A DNA stretch of 63,673 nt, filler included, from Rhabdomonas costata (taxonomy: Eukaryota): the NCBI GenBank assembly GCA_019059605.1. It is 37 parts of 37 records of this genome, joined end to end, with 100 filler letters (N's around TTAATTAATTAA, not from the genome) between each part and the next. Parts side by side here need not be neighbours in the genome. Positions count along the whole stretch, not along the records: positions 46,539 to 48,161 come from JAHMHO010011805.1; positions 48,262 to 49,883 come from JAHMHO010011806.1; positions 49,984 to 51,606 come from JAHMHO010011807.1; positions 51,707 to 53,339 come from JAHMHO010011808.1; positions 53,440 to 55,062 come from JAHMHO010011809.1; positions 55,163 to 56,784 come from JAHMHO010011810.1; positions 56,885 to 58,507 come from JAHMHO010011811.1; positions 58,608 to 60,229 come from JAHMHO010011812.1; 29 more parts are not named here. The stretch is one strand, 5' to 3'. The notes beneath the pieces were generated by a model that saw nothing but the letters and a program-made list of their open reading frames with translations, did not search any database and was not told the origin of the DNA. Position numbers and translations under genes: made by a program. The stretch's first letter is position 1. Each line of letters starts with the position of its first letter. Positions 47,674-60,680 of this stretch are shown here, one piece after another.

Positions 47674-49989
47674 CTGAGCAAAGACGCAGGAGACAAACAT
47701 TAAGGCGAAAAAAACCACCGCGTCGCCAAAGCGCTTACTACAACAAAGGCAAACGTGATGGGAGAATATAGCCAGCGAAACCAAAGGCACACATAGTGCA
47801 CATCTCATCATGAAAAATGCTCCACATAACTGGTGACAATCAGCGCTTGTCGATAATCGGTGCATATGTTCAGTCTCATCCTTCAAACGGATGAGACCTG
47901 AAAGTCTTGGACACCTTAAGCGCAATGCAGAAACACACCAACTCACGGCAACACACATACCTGGAATTCCACCAACAGCTCGTGGAGAATGCCAACCATG
48001 GTGTGCTGGTAGGTCTGTATGCGGGGCGAAAAAAACTCTCAATTTCATGGCACCACGCCCCAGATCACCAGAGACTGCTGATAAAGCAAAATTCCAATTT
48101 CGCAGCGGGTAAAACGAGTCACGAAGTACAAAGAAAGCCTCAGCGAGAGCTACAACCACACNNNNNNNNNNNNNNNNNNNNNNNNNNNNNNNNNNNNNNN
48201 NNNNNTTAATTAATTAANNNNNNNNNNNNNNNNNNNNNNNNNNNNNNNNNNNNNNNNNNNNTTTGTTTCGAGCCCATCTACACTACGGCTCGTTACAGAT
48301 GTGGAAATGCGCAGCGGCAGGGCTGTTAGCTGGACACTGTGAAACGTCTTGTAGCGGTGACAACTGTAGCGTGTGGCTACATAACACACAGCCGTAGTGT
48401 AGATGGGCTCGAAAAAAACCAACTGAATCGCCATATGCCAACGTGACAGGCACCAACGGCAAGGAAAGAGACAAGGTGACGTAGTAGCATTGCCGTAGTA
48501 CTTGTGGTTGTGGGCAAGTGCTGAGTAACGTTGAAAGCATCTACCAGTCATGTGTATAACGATGGTGAATGTCAGCGCATAACATTGGGTGTTAGAGTAG
48601 CAAAGGTTGCACGGAGCTGCTCTATGTCACTTGCCCTGTAAGAACTGCCGATGCACTGCCTAGGGACACGATGCCTGAGAGGAGCACCGTAGCATCCAAG
48701 GTAGGGGTTGCATTCCAACCTGAGGCCTTGATCCGTAGTGGAGGTCTCCGAGACCGACATGGATGGTAAAGAAGCGTAAGGGTACATGTGATGCTGTAAG
48801 CTGATACAGGTAGATGAAGTGATACCGTAGCAAGTGGTGAAGTGTGGGGAGAGAAACATGATGCCAAGCTGAGTGCAAGGTTGATGCGTCCTCCACATTC
48901 CAACGTAGGGATGATGCCAATATGCTGACCATTTACGTTGAGATGCCGACACAGATGGTTGATGGCGTAACAGTCGTCACACTCGTCACACTCGGCCTTC
49001 AGCCCTGTTACTCCTGTTCATCCAACTAAGGGTAAGGGTGATTGATGATGGTTACGCTCACCGATAGTTCCATCCACCTGCATAAGCACGGTTACGGTCA
49101 CTGGAAAAGAGGACGAAGAAGAAGCGGTCACGTTCTTGATGCATGGTTAGTTCCACCACCATAAGGTGCCTCCACTCACTGTGTTACATTCACACTCGTC
49201 GTCACTGCGTTACTCCTCCTGTTCATGTTCATTGCATAAGTTATGTTGATCACGTTACCGTGTAGCCGTGTAGCGAACCATGGTGGTAGAAGGAGCGTGC
49301 AAACGCAGTGAGCATGCGACCAAGAAGATGTTTGTATCCTTCCAGTAGGTCCGCTTTGCGTCCCTCCTCCATCAACCATGGTTCACTCCCGCAATAAGGC
49401 GGTTACTCAACATCCTTCACTTAACTCACCATAGTTCCATCCACCACCCTAAGGTGGTGACGGTCACTCATCAGCACACTTCTACCCACGTGTCTCTTCG
49501 TTCGTTCCACCACACAAAGGTGCCTTCACTCACTCCGACCGGCCGTCGCCACAGAGGAATACACCCCTTGAGTTGAGCTTACGTTGAGGTTTGTCACTAC
49601 TCCTACAGGCAGGGCTTATCAATGCATCAGGATTGCCATCGCAGTGGGTTGCTGTCACTATGCGTAGCATGGTCATGGCATCAGCATAATGGAAGATGGA
49701 GCGCTACCTCCACCTACGCCATCGCCTGGGGCTATTCCACAAGTTGGCAGCACCGAGTCAGCACCGGCATCACTCCCACCACTCAATCCATCAACCCTAC
49801 TACGCTACCCTGAGCGTAGTGGTGGTGAAGGAAATAGGTAGGTACATACACACGTCAACTCCTCACTATGATGACCCAACCCCNNNNNNNNNNNNNNNNN
49901 NNNNNNNNNNNNNNNNNNNNNNNNNNNTTAATTAATTAANNNNNNNNNNNNNNNNNNNNNNNNNNNNNNNNNNNNNNNNNNNNGTGGGT

Positions 49990-50529
49990 TGGGAATCTTC
50001 ACCCACATCCCAAGACTCGGGTGAAGATTCCCGCCCGCCCTACTCCTCGCAGGTTCGCCCAATGCCCCCAGTCGTGGCAGCAGCAGAGTCACCAGAAAAG
50101 GAACCCTTGGCAGCAGTTTCTAGGCCAGAAGCTGCGGTGCCAGAAAGAGCCCCAGTGGCAACCCCTTCATCGTCCAGAATGTCTGCCCGCCCAGAACCTG
50201 CTGCACCTCCTGCCCGTGGGGGGTACGCAGCCTCGGTTGCCTCCAGCCAGCAACTCTCCATGAACACTGACGCCTGGCCCAGGGTCAGCGGCCGAGCCTT
50301 TTCTGAGGCCTCACGGCGGGAGATGAATAAGGCAAGGCCGTGGTGATTTTCCCCATTTTAGCATGAATGGGATATGCGTCTGTGTGTGATTCCGTTTTCC
50401 AGGGTTTTAGATTTGCGAGCTTGTTTGTCAACGGAGCTTTGTCTGTGTAAAGTTGTTCGTTAGGCTAATGCGTTCAATTCTCATTTTGGTCGGTCTCTCC
50501 CACAGGGGCCGCTGACAAGCTTTTCTTGA
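49990..50529 (+). CDS. Low-complexity Pro/Ser/Ala-rich protein, C-terminal exons
   Basis: Open GC-rich block to 50331, candidate AAG|GCAAGG donor, CCCACAG acceptor at 50505, then GPLTSFS*. Confidence 0.45.
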
Positions 50530-52637
50530 TGCTCTCAAGCAGCATTTTGTGTTTGTTGATTGTTTCCTCCTCCAGCTCTAGAAACCTGACTTCTGGATCT
50601 GAAGCCGAACCTCGTCCTACTTCTTGTCCACCCTGAGGAAGAATTGGTGGTCCGTCCTATCGGAAATATAGACTGGATGCGTATTCTACCCAGTTCTTTT
50701 TTCTGAGACAAAGTTTGTTTTAGCAGAGAACCTTGCCTTCACCCGAAAGTTTGTGAGGGCTCCTACCATTGCACGTGCCTGTCCGATCTATTCACCGAAT
50801 TCACGGTCTTGGATCTTTACATTGGCGATGCGACATTCTCTTTGCAGTAACCAACCTAAATTCCACGTAAGCCGTAAATCCGCTGGATCGCTTCCCCCTT
50901 ATCCTCGTGCTTTGCTGCTACCAAATGGCATGCTCCAAAACCCACCCTCCAGCATATCATGGTCACCCAAACAATTCTGGTGATTCTGGTGGCAATCTTA
51001 TTTAATGACACTTCCAGCAGGTTCTTTCAACATTTGCTGTACCGTGCCCTAAAGTGCACCCAATTTATGAAGAACATGACAGAGATACGCCAACCTCAAA
51101 ATTGGCATCCTACCACAGATTTCTAGACTCGATACCACTGCAAGCGCCTAAAACCGGCAGTTGTTTCCCATCATTGTGTGACAACGAAACCAGCAATTGC
51201 GAGCTCTATTACAACAAACCTGATCCGCTGCATCAAGGGACGTTTCCCGTCCATTCTGGACGAAAAACGGGCTGCGCAACCGTAAATGGCGTTGCTGAAT
51301 GCAATGGTGGAAAGTCTCTAAGTTACAGACGAAAGACCGGACCAACAGCAGGGGCAGTGGCCGCCAAGAACGGCCACAATGACGGATACTGTGGCGAAAA
51401 CTCTCTCCGAAAAGTTTGGAACGAAGGCCGGCCCCAAAACCAAGAGCAAAACTCTCATCACGTTTTTGCCTATATCCCCTATTGTTCCGCATTGCCGGCA
51501 TTGACTGGCGTTGTTTCTCCCTCCTGTTGTTGTATTATTCTTAAAACCCCTGTACCCAAGCTTTCCCCAACCTTCTGCTTTGTAACCCTGACATGGCCAA
51601 TGCATGNNNNNNNNNNNNNNNNNNNNNNNNNNNNNNNNNNNNNNNNNNNNTTAATTAATTAANNNNNNNNNNNNNNNNNNNNNNNNNNNNNNNNNNNNNN
51701 NNNNNNTGTTGGTGGGGTAACTGGGGGAGGGAGCAAAAACGGGATGCATGGAGTATTCGGCACCAGAGAATCACGGAAGCACAGAAGAGAGGAGACCAAG
51801 GACAGACTGGCAGAACAAATCTACAGGGAGTAAACACAACGCAACGCTGTCACAAACGCAAAAATCCAACAAGCCCACTGCCCCTAGGGTGACAGGAAAG
51901 CGAGGGACATGGCACAAACAGGGCACAAGGCCCGAACCGGATGCAAAGTCGCGTTGAAGACACTCTTCCAAGGGCAGGGAGCTGCGTCGTTAGTCAGATG
52001 GAACAGCCCTTTTTTGTTGCAATCCTCCAAAAGGCAGGAACAGACCCCGGACCGGACCGGAGACCTAACATTGACCTCAGAACTCGAGCTAGAGTGACGG
52101 GTTGGGGCTCATATTTGGTGGCAGTGCGGCGGAGAAGGCCCCGCGGTGGGAACAAGGGCTATAAAAGTTTCTCTTCCTCTACAAAACCTACACGGACACA
52201 AGAAAGAAGTCAAGCCCAGTAAGGGGGAAGGGAGACTAGACGAGAGGACGCTTGACGAAATACAACTTCTGAGGGCCACGGAAAGGCTGCACTGACTGTT
52301 TTTTTTCTTGCCACCCCATGGTAGTACTCCTGAGATGTGTTGGTTGGCCGCTTCCGGCCTCGGAGTCCTTCTCTACACCGAGATATGGTCCCATCAAGGT
52401 CCCATTTTGGCCCTTTTAAGGGTATTTTTGACATCGAAAAAATTTCAAGGGCCCCGAGTGCACTTTTTGGCCCTTTGCAGGCCTGCGTACTGAGCCTAAG
52501 CTTTCGGGTGGGCCTGCTTAGGATAATTTGCAGCGTGAACATCTGCCCAAGAAAAGACAAAGAGAGCGCAAGAAAGCCACAAAGAGACAACGCGAATGCG
52601 TGATAGTCAATCAAACCAAATCCGAAGAACCCCTTAT

Positions 52638-53045
52638 TTATAGCAGCTGTTCGAACGAACCTCTGGACATGGTCCGGGAGTGACCATGGCGGATGTCACC
52701 CAGCGAATAGGGCGAGGTTTTGGGCCGAAGTATGGGCCGAGGATGCTTGCAGTGCGTCACTGTGGGCCACAGTTTCACCACAGGTACGGCAACAGAAGAG
52801 ATGAGGCTCTTTTGTTTCACCGTCCAGTAGCACTGCGCCCGATCCGAACCACTCGCGGGTGTCCGGCCGACCCATTGTCCAGCACCATTCACTGCTGCTA
52901 AGAAGGATTCCCGCATGCGACGAGCGTAAAGCGGATTGTCGCATGTCCAAAGGACGTCAATATGGCAATACCGAGAGCTCTCCAGAAACACGGCATTCTG
53001 AATCCTGCCTCGCAATGTCATGTCAGGTTTTCAACAACACACATA

Positions 53046-53101
<56 letters not shown>

Positions 53102-53267
53102 AGGACAGAAGACCACACCAGTGCGTCTGCCACGGCCAGGGCGAAGATGTCAGCCATAGCATAGAAAGTGGCGTTGCGGGGCACCTCCACAGTGTCCAAG
53201 GCGCACTCAAAAAAAGCTTTGGGCTGCGCAAAGTGCGCGCTGCGACCGTACCACAGGGGCGCTTCAC
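52638..53267 (-). CDS. Hypothetical protein, last two exons flanking the (CA)n-containing intron
   Basis: EAPLWYGRSAHF...MADIFALAVADAL|NAVFLESSRYC...FEQLL*; AG/GT bounded. Confidence 0.45.
53050..53099. repeat. (CA)n microsatellite
   Basis: About 25 units, seen directly. Confidence 0.95.
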
Positions 53268-54049
53268 TATGGAAAAAAAGAAAAATCCACTGCCACTAGG
53301 GAGATGGAGCGCAGCGACATCGACCAGTCACCCAAAACANNNNNNNNNNNNNNNNNNNNNNNNNNNNNNNNNNNNNNNNNNNNTTAATTAATTAANNNNN
53401 NNNNNNNNNNNNNNNNNNNNNNNNNNNNNNNNNNNNNNNTTTCACAGGTAAAATGGACGAGGGAGCCGAAATTTGAGAAGATTTTTACAGGCAAGTCCTC
53501 AGAGGATGCAGGCGGACAGTGTTTTGTGTTATGCTTTGTCTAGAATTTTACAATTTACGCTAGGTGTTCAAAAATCCAAAAAGTAGGCAGGTAGTTGTTT
53601 TCCAGAGTGTTTTAATCTTCAGTTTCGCCTTTTTTGTTACATGTGTGCTCTAAAAGAACCACAGCAGAGACGCAGTCCAGAGACGAGCGGAGACCAGGAG
53701 GACACTGCAGAGTGTACAGAGGGGTGGTAGAGTTTTTATTGAGTTTCCCCAAAGGATCCGCGTAAGTGTTCCCGCAATATCTTTGAAGTGTGCCACGGGA
53801 ATCAACCCAGGTACCCATGTACCACTCCCCTCTCCATCTCGGCGCACAGCCCCACTTTCATTGTCGTGCTTTGTGCGCCACACGCCGCCATTCAACACTA
53901 CATTACACCAATGACAAAAAAGTCTCTGCACAGGCTCAAAAGAACCTGGTGGTCTGTGCGGCCAGCTCTGCATAGACAAATGAAAAAAATGAGACAAAAG
54001 CTTTTCAACATCAGAAACAGGTCACCGCGCTCCGCCTGGGCTCCTCCAC

Positions 54050-54370
54050 TTCACACAGCGTCCAAGCGTACCCAGCCATCGACTCTGAACCTCTTGGAGC
54101 AAAAGCCCTAATTCAAGCCGCGTATGCCACAAACTAGCACACTGTGGGGCGTCATCCATACGCTCCATATTGAACCTCCAGAGACACCCGAGCCTTCCAA
54201 CAACAGCAATTCTCACCTCCACTAGTACCTAATCCATCTTTTTTAACCACACTGTCCAACCGCCATTCTTCTAAGCACAACATTGCACGGCATTTCCGCA
54301 TCTACTCCAGTGCCGCAGGATCGTGTGCTCTTTTTAATTAATAATTTGATGGTTAATGTTTGTATCAACT
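54050..54370 (+). mobile_element. Highly decayed non-LTR (LINE) reverse transcriptase relic
   Basis: STPVPQDRVLFLINNL resembles GVPQGSVLSP.LFN; an upstream LWGVI fragment; many stops and frameshifts. Confidence 0.3.
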
Positions 54371-55223
54371 TCTTTTGGTTTGTATGTACTTTGCCAGCCT
54401 TCCATCTACATTTTTACACATCAGCACCCGTAAAATACAGAACTTTGGTGCCTTTACCTTTCATTGCATTTACGTCTTGCACGCCTTCCGCGTCCATGCC
54501 ACATCACTGCCGCACTCCATTATTTCATACGCCTTCATCCACAGCTCAATTTGCCTTTCCTTCTTTTCATCCTTGAACCCTTTATACTCATTCATCCATG
54601 TGAAAAATCAACGAACATTTTTTCCGCGATTCGAGGTGGTGCATCTTTGACACACTTCCTCTCACAATGACTTCGGTTCCACTCCCACACACCACATTAT
54701 ACTTTCCATTTCTCACCTAAGCCTTTGAAAACACGTGTAATTCATTTCACTGTTTTTAGTCTGAACAATTTTCACCACATTCGTGAGGGCATGCTCTGAT
54801 GGAACTCTGTGACAACAGCAATCAATAAACATTTGAACAACCATGCATTTTGCACTCATCACTTTTCAGATTTGTTAAATTAGTGAAAATCAATATATCA
54901 AATGTTCATAAACGGCACAAAAAACAAGAAATGTATGAACTCCATTTATGTTTCAAGTTTTCTGTCATGAATGGATTCTAGTTCAGCGCTCGTAGATTCT
55001 GAATGAGTGCACGTGAGGCGCTTTGGTGTGTACAAGAAAGAAACCGTTCATGACAAAAAACANNNNNNNNNNNNNNNNNNNNNNNNNNNNNNNNNNNNNN
55101 NNNNNNTTAATTAATTAANNNNNNNNNNNNNNNNNNNNNNNNNNNNNNNNNNNNNNNNNNNNGGTGGTTGGTGTTGCTGCAGGGCAGTGCTTAGCTGTGA
55201 ACCGAGTCACGCACGTCCTCAAC

Positions 55224-56439
55224 CCTCAGCGTGGCCCACAGCGGGGGAGTGGTGAGGACGTGCGTGACTCGGTTCACAGCTAAGCACTGCCCTGCAGCAG
55301 CACCAATCGCCGTTCCACTGCCTCTCTTAATTCAGAAAACCAACCAACCACAGAAGCAGAAGCAAGAACGTTTTCTCGAAGAGCACAATAACCGTCATTA
55401 AGTCATTAAGGTATGACCTCTCGGCGGATACTTATAAGAAACGAAACGGCATTGAGCACATTCACCGCGAACAAGATTCCAGGCAATTATGAAGATGGGA
55501 GCTGAGCGAGAAGCATTGAAGGCTTAAAGCCATGAAAAGTTATCAGGAAAGTTGGGAAGGAGCTGTTTTCTTCGACCGATATGAAGAATAACAGTCTTCG
55601 CATTTCGGGTGCCGTGCCGTGAAACAGCGGGGATCGGGAGGAGGGGAGCGGGCGTAGAGGACCCAGATCTGTCAGCACGGCGGTGTGGGGGTAGGAGTAC
55701 AGCGTTGCCCTCGAGCTTAGAGTGGAGAAAATGTCCCCCAGCGAGGGGTCAAAGGTACTGGAGCTGGCCTGGAAGAACAACCCACCCACATTCTTGCCAT
55801 CTGGAAGTCAACGGAGGCCAGCCAATCCTTCTTTCCTCGGTACCTTGTTCCATTGCGCCTGGGTTTTCTATTCATTCCCCCACCCCAACTCGCAAACTGG
55901 TCATGCCCGTGCAAGCAAGGCGTGAAAACAACAACGACATCAGACAGCCACAAGTCGACCACTCCCCTCTCTAAAACTCAACTTCCTACAAGCTGTTGGT
56001 TGGGCGTAACCCGAACCTACTTCTAACCTCTTACAAACAGATTTTGAGGACTCTGAAAAGCGGGTAAATGAAATAAAAGCTTCGTAAGCCACCCACCGTT
56101 TGCAGCGTGCATCGTCAAGGGAGAAGTGCAGTGCTAGGGCAGCGCGCTCATAATTCCATATGTTTCATTCACGCGCACGCACGAAGTCAGAGAGAGAAAG
56201 TGTGTGTGCACCAAGAGAACTCTGGAAGCGGCGCTCACGCCGTGCGCTCGGGCTTTGGCGCGGGCGTAGGCGGCTAGGCTACAGTGCTCCACAGCAACCC
56301 CCTTGGGGCGTCCGGTGGAACCCGAGGTGTACACCACATGGCAAAGTTTGTGAGCATCTGCCCCAGCACACCAGCACTCCGGCCACGCCAGAGCCACCTC
56401 GGGGCCGGAAGAGGGTGGAGGGCCCGCAAGCTCCTCCGG
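55224..56439 (-). CDS. NRPS-type / AASDH-like adenylation domain, partial (exons 56439-56212, 55768-55663, 55291-about 55224)
   Basis: A3 CHVVYTSGSTGRPKGV, A4 TFDPS, and VTHVLTTPPLW; two GT-AG introns with compatible phases. Confidence 0.9.
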
Positions 56440-56884
56440 CTGTGGGAACAGGTGCGTACAGGCACGAAAGGCGGGATAAGATTCTTCGGAATACAGAGCA
56501 CTGCAACGAATACACCTGCACAAGCACAGAGTACGGCCGAGCCTGGGCGGAATGGCGTATAGCCTGTTATTTTTTATTTTTTGAGTTCACAAAAAACAAA
56601 ACAATTGAGGGCGAAGCCGATACAGGCCTGGGGTGTTTTGTATATACAGCAGGCCTCCCGAAACGTGGCCGCTCCTTGGGGTCAAAAGTTTCTGACCTTT
56701 CACCCTCGGCCGGTTCTGTTGAACAGTAGCATTTGAATAGCATGGCTGTTGGGAACAGGTATCTTTAGAGCGCGCACCAAAAAANNNNNNNNNNNNNNNN
56801 NNNNNNNNNNNNNNNNNNNNNNNNNNNNTTAATTAATTAANNNNNNNNNNNNNNNNNNNNNNNNNNNNNNNNNNNNNNNNNNNN

Positions 56885-57146
56885 TGTTGTGGTGAGAGTA
56901 CCGCCCCGTAAGCAAAGACATCCGAGATGGCGTGCACAACGTGTGGGTGTAGTAGCGGGACAGCCGAGTCCCACGTGCCGAGAGGGAGTCGAGGAAGGGC
57001 GTCGGGATCTTCCCCCCGTGGTAGCTCACGTCCGCATAGCCAAAGTCGTCCACTACCACGACCAGAATGTGGGGCGGGGCCGCAGGAGTTGCAGCCAAGC
57101 TCAACGAGAAGAGTATGACAATCTGCAGTAGCAGTCGCCAAGCCAT
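56885..57146 (-). CDS. Secreted/lysosomal arylsulfatase (ARSB-like, S1 family), N-terminus
   Basis: Signal peptide, PHILVVVVDDFGYADV, and the formylglycine motif CTPSRMSLLTGRY. Confidence 0.93.
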
Positions 57147-58862
57147 GAGGGTTTTTCTCAACCACCAAGAAAGAGGTCTGAAGTAGGAGAAGGAATGATG
57201 CATGGGTGACGTGCTAGTGCCAGTCATCAGTCATCCGGGTATTAGGTTATCATCACAAAATATGGGCACCGAATGCAGGGAAAGGGGGGAAGGAAAAACT
57301 GCAGAAAAGAATAAAAGGTTGAAAGTTTGGGGATGCTAATCTTTTTCTGTGGTGGTTGACCTTTCATCTGAAGTGCGGGTATGAGGGGAATGTCAGCTTG
57401 GACAAGCCCGAACAGAGATCCCGCATCCCCGGAGAATCTGCCCAACCAAAGTTACAGGCGTGGCGCAGTTTTTCGGTGAGCAAGAAAGAGGCATCAGAAG
57501 GGGAAGAAAGAAGACATACAGGGCTTAATGAGTACAAGGATGAAATGGGTCAATCACTGCAGGTGATGTGGCAAGAATGTGGAATACGGAAAAACTAAAC
57601 ATTCCTTCCTGGAACGTCCAGTTGTTCCGAAAACTTTATCACAAAACTGTCACCCTTCTTTTTTTGCTTCTGATGTACCACTTTCGTCACAACACATTAC
57701 CGGAAAATCGCTGCAGGAGCCCAATCTTAACTTCAAAAATTCACCGTCACAATTTCATATATATATAGGCTCAAAACCTAAAAAGAAACAGGAACAAGCC
57801 ATCTCAGGACACCGCAACCCTGCATCTCAATGCCTTGCACCTCAACTCAATAGGAATTCGAAAAAGACCACTGCTGAAACCACACGCGCGCGCACACACA
57901 CAGAGAGAGAAACGTCAGCACTGCTACAACATGAAGAGGGAAGAGGGGGAGGAAAGGAGGAGGCTGACGCACCCACGCGTACTGGCGGTTTCGAGCGCGA
58001 TCCTCGAGAGGTCACAAGAGGGACCCAAACAAAATCTCAAACAAAAGAAGAAGACGGGGTGGAGGACATCGGATGGCTGCGGCCTCGAACGCCGTATCAC
58101 CGAGCCTTTCCTGCCACAAGCAACCAAAAGCCAGCGCAAGCCTCCAAGAGACAAGAGGTAATGGCTGCCCTGGGCAGTTCAGGGAACGCATCACTCGGAG
58201 AAACGCAGCCCGCACACCAGCAGTAGTAGCTCTGGCTAGAATCTGGGAGGTGCCAAAGGCAAAAGAGAAGCCAAAAGGGTATCTCTGAACCTCATCAGAC
58301 TTTCCGGCGTCGAACGTGGATGCTTTTCAACGCGCCCTCATGACGAGGGCTCAAAAGTATGACACTATTCTTGCTTGTTTGACAAAAAACATCCCCCCCC
58401 CCAAAAAAAAGCCAGGAGACGAAGTCCTGGGACAAGGCTCGGACAACACGACTGCGGGGTGCAGACATACCTATGACGTATGGTGAGAAGCCAGGACAAA
58501 ACACACANNNNNNNNNNNNNNNNNNNNNNNNNNNNNNNNNNNNNNNNNNNNTTAATTAATTAANNNNNNNNNNNNNNNNNNNNNNNNNNNNNNNNNNNNN
58601 NNNNNNNGGGTTGGGTTGACCGTTGGGGAGGTGCCGCCTATGGCTCAAGTTGATCCCCGACTGGTGGTTTTCTTGGGGCGTGGTGTTCAAGAGTGTGACG
58701 GTGTAGCCTGGTTTTTCTCGCTTTTTCGGCCGGTCCGTTTCTTTTTGGGCTGCCACCCGTTGCAAATCTTCACGGAAGGTTGCATGGTCTGTGTATTCTG
58801 CCCACAGCACGTGAGGATGCGTTCTTCTCTTGTTTGCCCGATTTCATGTGTTTGTCAATAAG

Positions 58863-59805
58863 TCTGTGATGTCCCAACTCGTGGGATTGCTTCGAGGGCA
58901 CGCTGTCCCTGGGCCCCGTGATGGTAGCTCCCAGAAAGCGCGGCCTCTCCGGCGCACTCGCAGAGGGGTTAACGCCTCCGACCTGTCCCACCCCGTGGTT
59001 GCGTGGCCCGAGGAGTGGACGATGGCTTCCATTAGGGATGCCCTGCGGCACCCCAAGGGGGACCTGGACTTGGCGGTGGTGGGCTCAGCAAACCCTGCGG
59101 TGGCGAGCCAGTCTCATTCCAACGCTGCCCTCGAGACAACTGGTTTCCTTCTCTTATTGGCCCTCTGTGAATATGTGTGCATGCGTGAATATGGGCTCCC
59201 CTCCGCCTTCCTTGGGATAATCATCTCCTTTCCACATTCAGGTTGTAAAGGGGCGAACCAGCCGCCTCAAAATACGCTGACAGACTACGCAACCAACGCA
59301 ACATCAACAACCGAAAAAGTAAGGTGGTGTTGATATACACAGGTGGTGGAGTCCAGATACACAAGTCACCCCTCCACTCTCTCGAACTCTCGTACACACT
59401 CAAACACGCGCGGGCACACTCTCTCTTTCGAGAACTCACGAAGTTGAAGCCTGGCATTGGGTGACACCCCTTGTTGACTGAAGTGGAGAGTTTATGAAGA
59501 AATCCATTTATGAAGAAAACCGTGCGAAGCCACCAGAGATTACTGTCATCTGTCCATTCTTTGTTGAAACTTTTACCTCGTGCAGCGAAGGATGTCCCTG
59601 CACCAGTGGCTGCCCTCGAAGCTTTGCCCACAGCTGAGGCGGCAGCGGAAGGCCGGCCGGCGTGCTCCACTTCCGCCACTCAGACCGCCGAGATGTTCAT
59701 GTTTGCCCGGGTGGAGCTGCGGCAGCTGCGGAGGTACCACCGCAGTTGCTACAGCCACCGCTTTGAGGCGGCCGCGATGGCGATGCACGACCCGCTGTGC
59801 CGCGG
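58863..59805 (+). CDS. Hypothetical protein exons
   Basis: Two GC-rich AG/GT-bounded blocks (about 58863-59077 and 59586-59805); family not recognised. Confidence 0.5.
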
Positions 59806-60680
59806 TGTGCCTCTTTGGCCATGACTTGTTTCAGGCTGAAAAACTGAAGGATGGCTCGCCCCTTATTCTCGGTTTGTAGGGTTGCTTGATGTCAACGCAA
59901 CTATGGCATCTGGTCGCTGCGAACTGTGAAGATGAGAATTTTCCGTGTTATGGAAGTAAAAGCCAGATTTTCTTTTGAAAAAAAGCCAGGTAAACTCAGA
60001 AGCTTCAGAAGCAGCTTGTTATGCTTTTTTTATTGGGGGCTTCCTTTTTTTGAAAGCTCGCGTGGATCGTCGCACCCGCCGCCCTTTATCACTGCGAGCT
60101 CGTTGAAACGAATTAACCGTACCAGAAACGGGCAAGGTGAGGAACCCGCCAGGGCGGTGTCAATTTCCGCACCCAATAACAGATAAAGAACGAAAGCACA
60201 ACATAGACGCGGGCGCCGGAAGGGAGGAANNNNNNNNNNNNNNNNNNNNNNNNNNNNNNNNNNNNNNNNNNNNTTAATTAATTAANNNNNNNNNNNNNNN
60301 NNNNNNNNNNNNNNNNNNNNNNNNNNNNNGGTGAGCCGAAAAATGGCAATGGAAATAGAAACAATCGCAATGACGTACGCAGTGAGTCGTTTTCGCTGTG
60401 TCACTTTTTCGTGCAGGGGGTTACGTAGAAAACGACCCAGTGTGCAAGTGCAAATGTCATCCAAGAAAAAGGAGATGTTAAAGCGGGGAACAAATAACAA
60501 GGCTCAACACCACAACCGCAGTGCAGCCTTAAGCAGAAGACATGGGCAACAAAGAAGAAACTCACGAAACCCAAAACGACAACGGCCGCAATGTAGCCAG
60601 CGGAAAACAGGAACCGAAATTCCCTAAAGCTGCATGTCGTGTGAAACGACCATAACCCCTCCCAGCAGCACAATGTATAC

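Noticed and set aside
5173..57146. Sulfated-glycan utilisation cluster (galactokinase, TauE, GH172-like, GH81, sulfatase) or an NRPS-sulfatase cluster
   Set aside because: Each gene is on a different, apparently size-sorted contig, so the adjacency is artificial.
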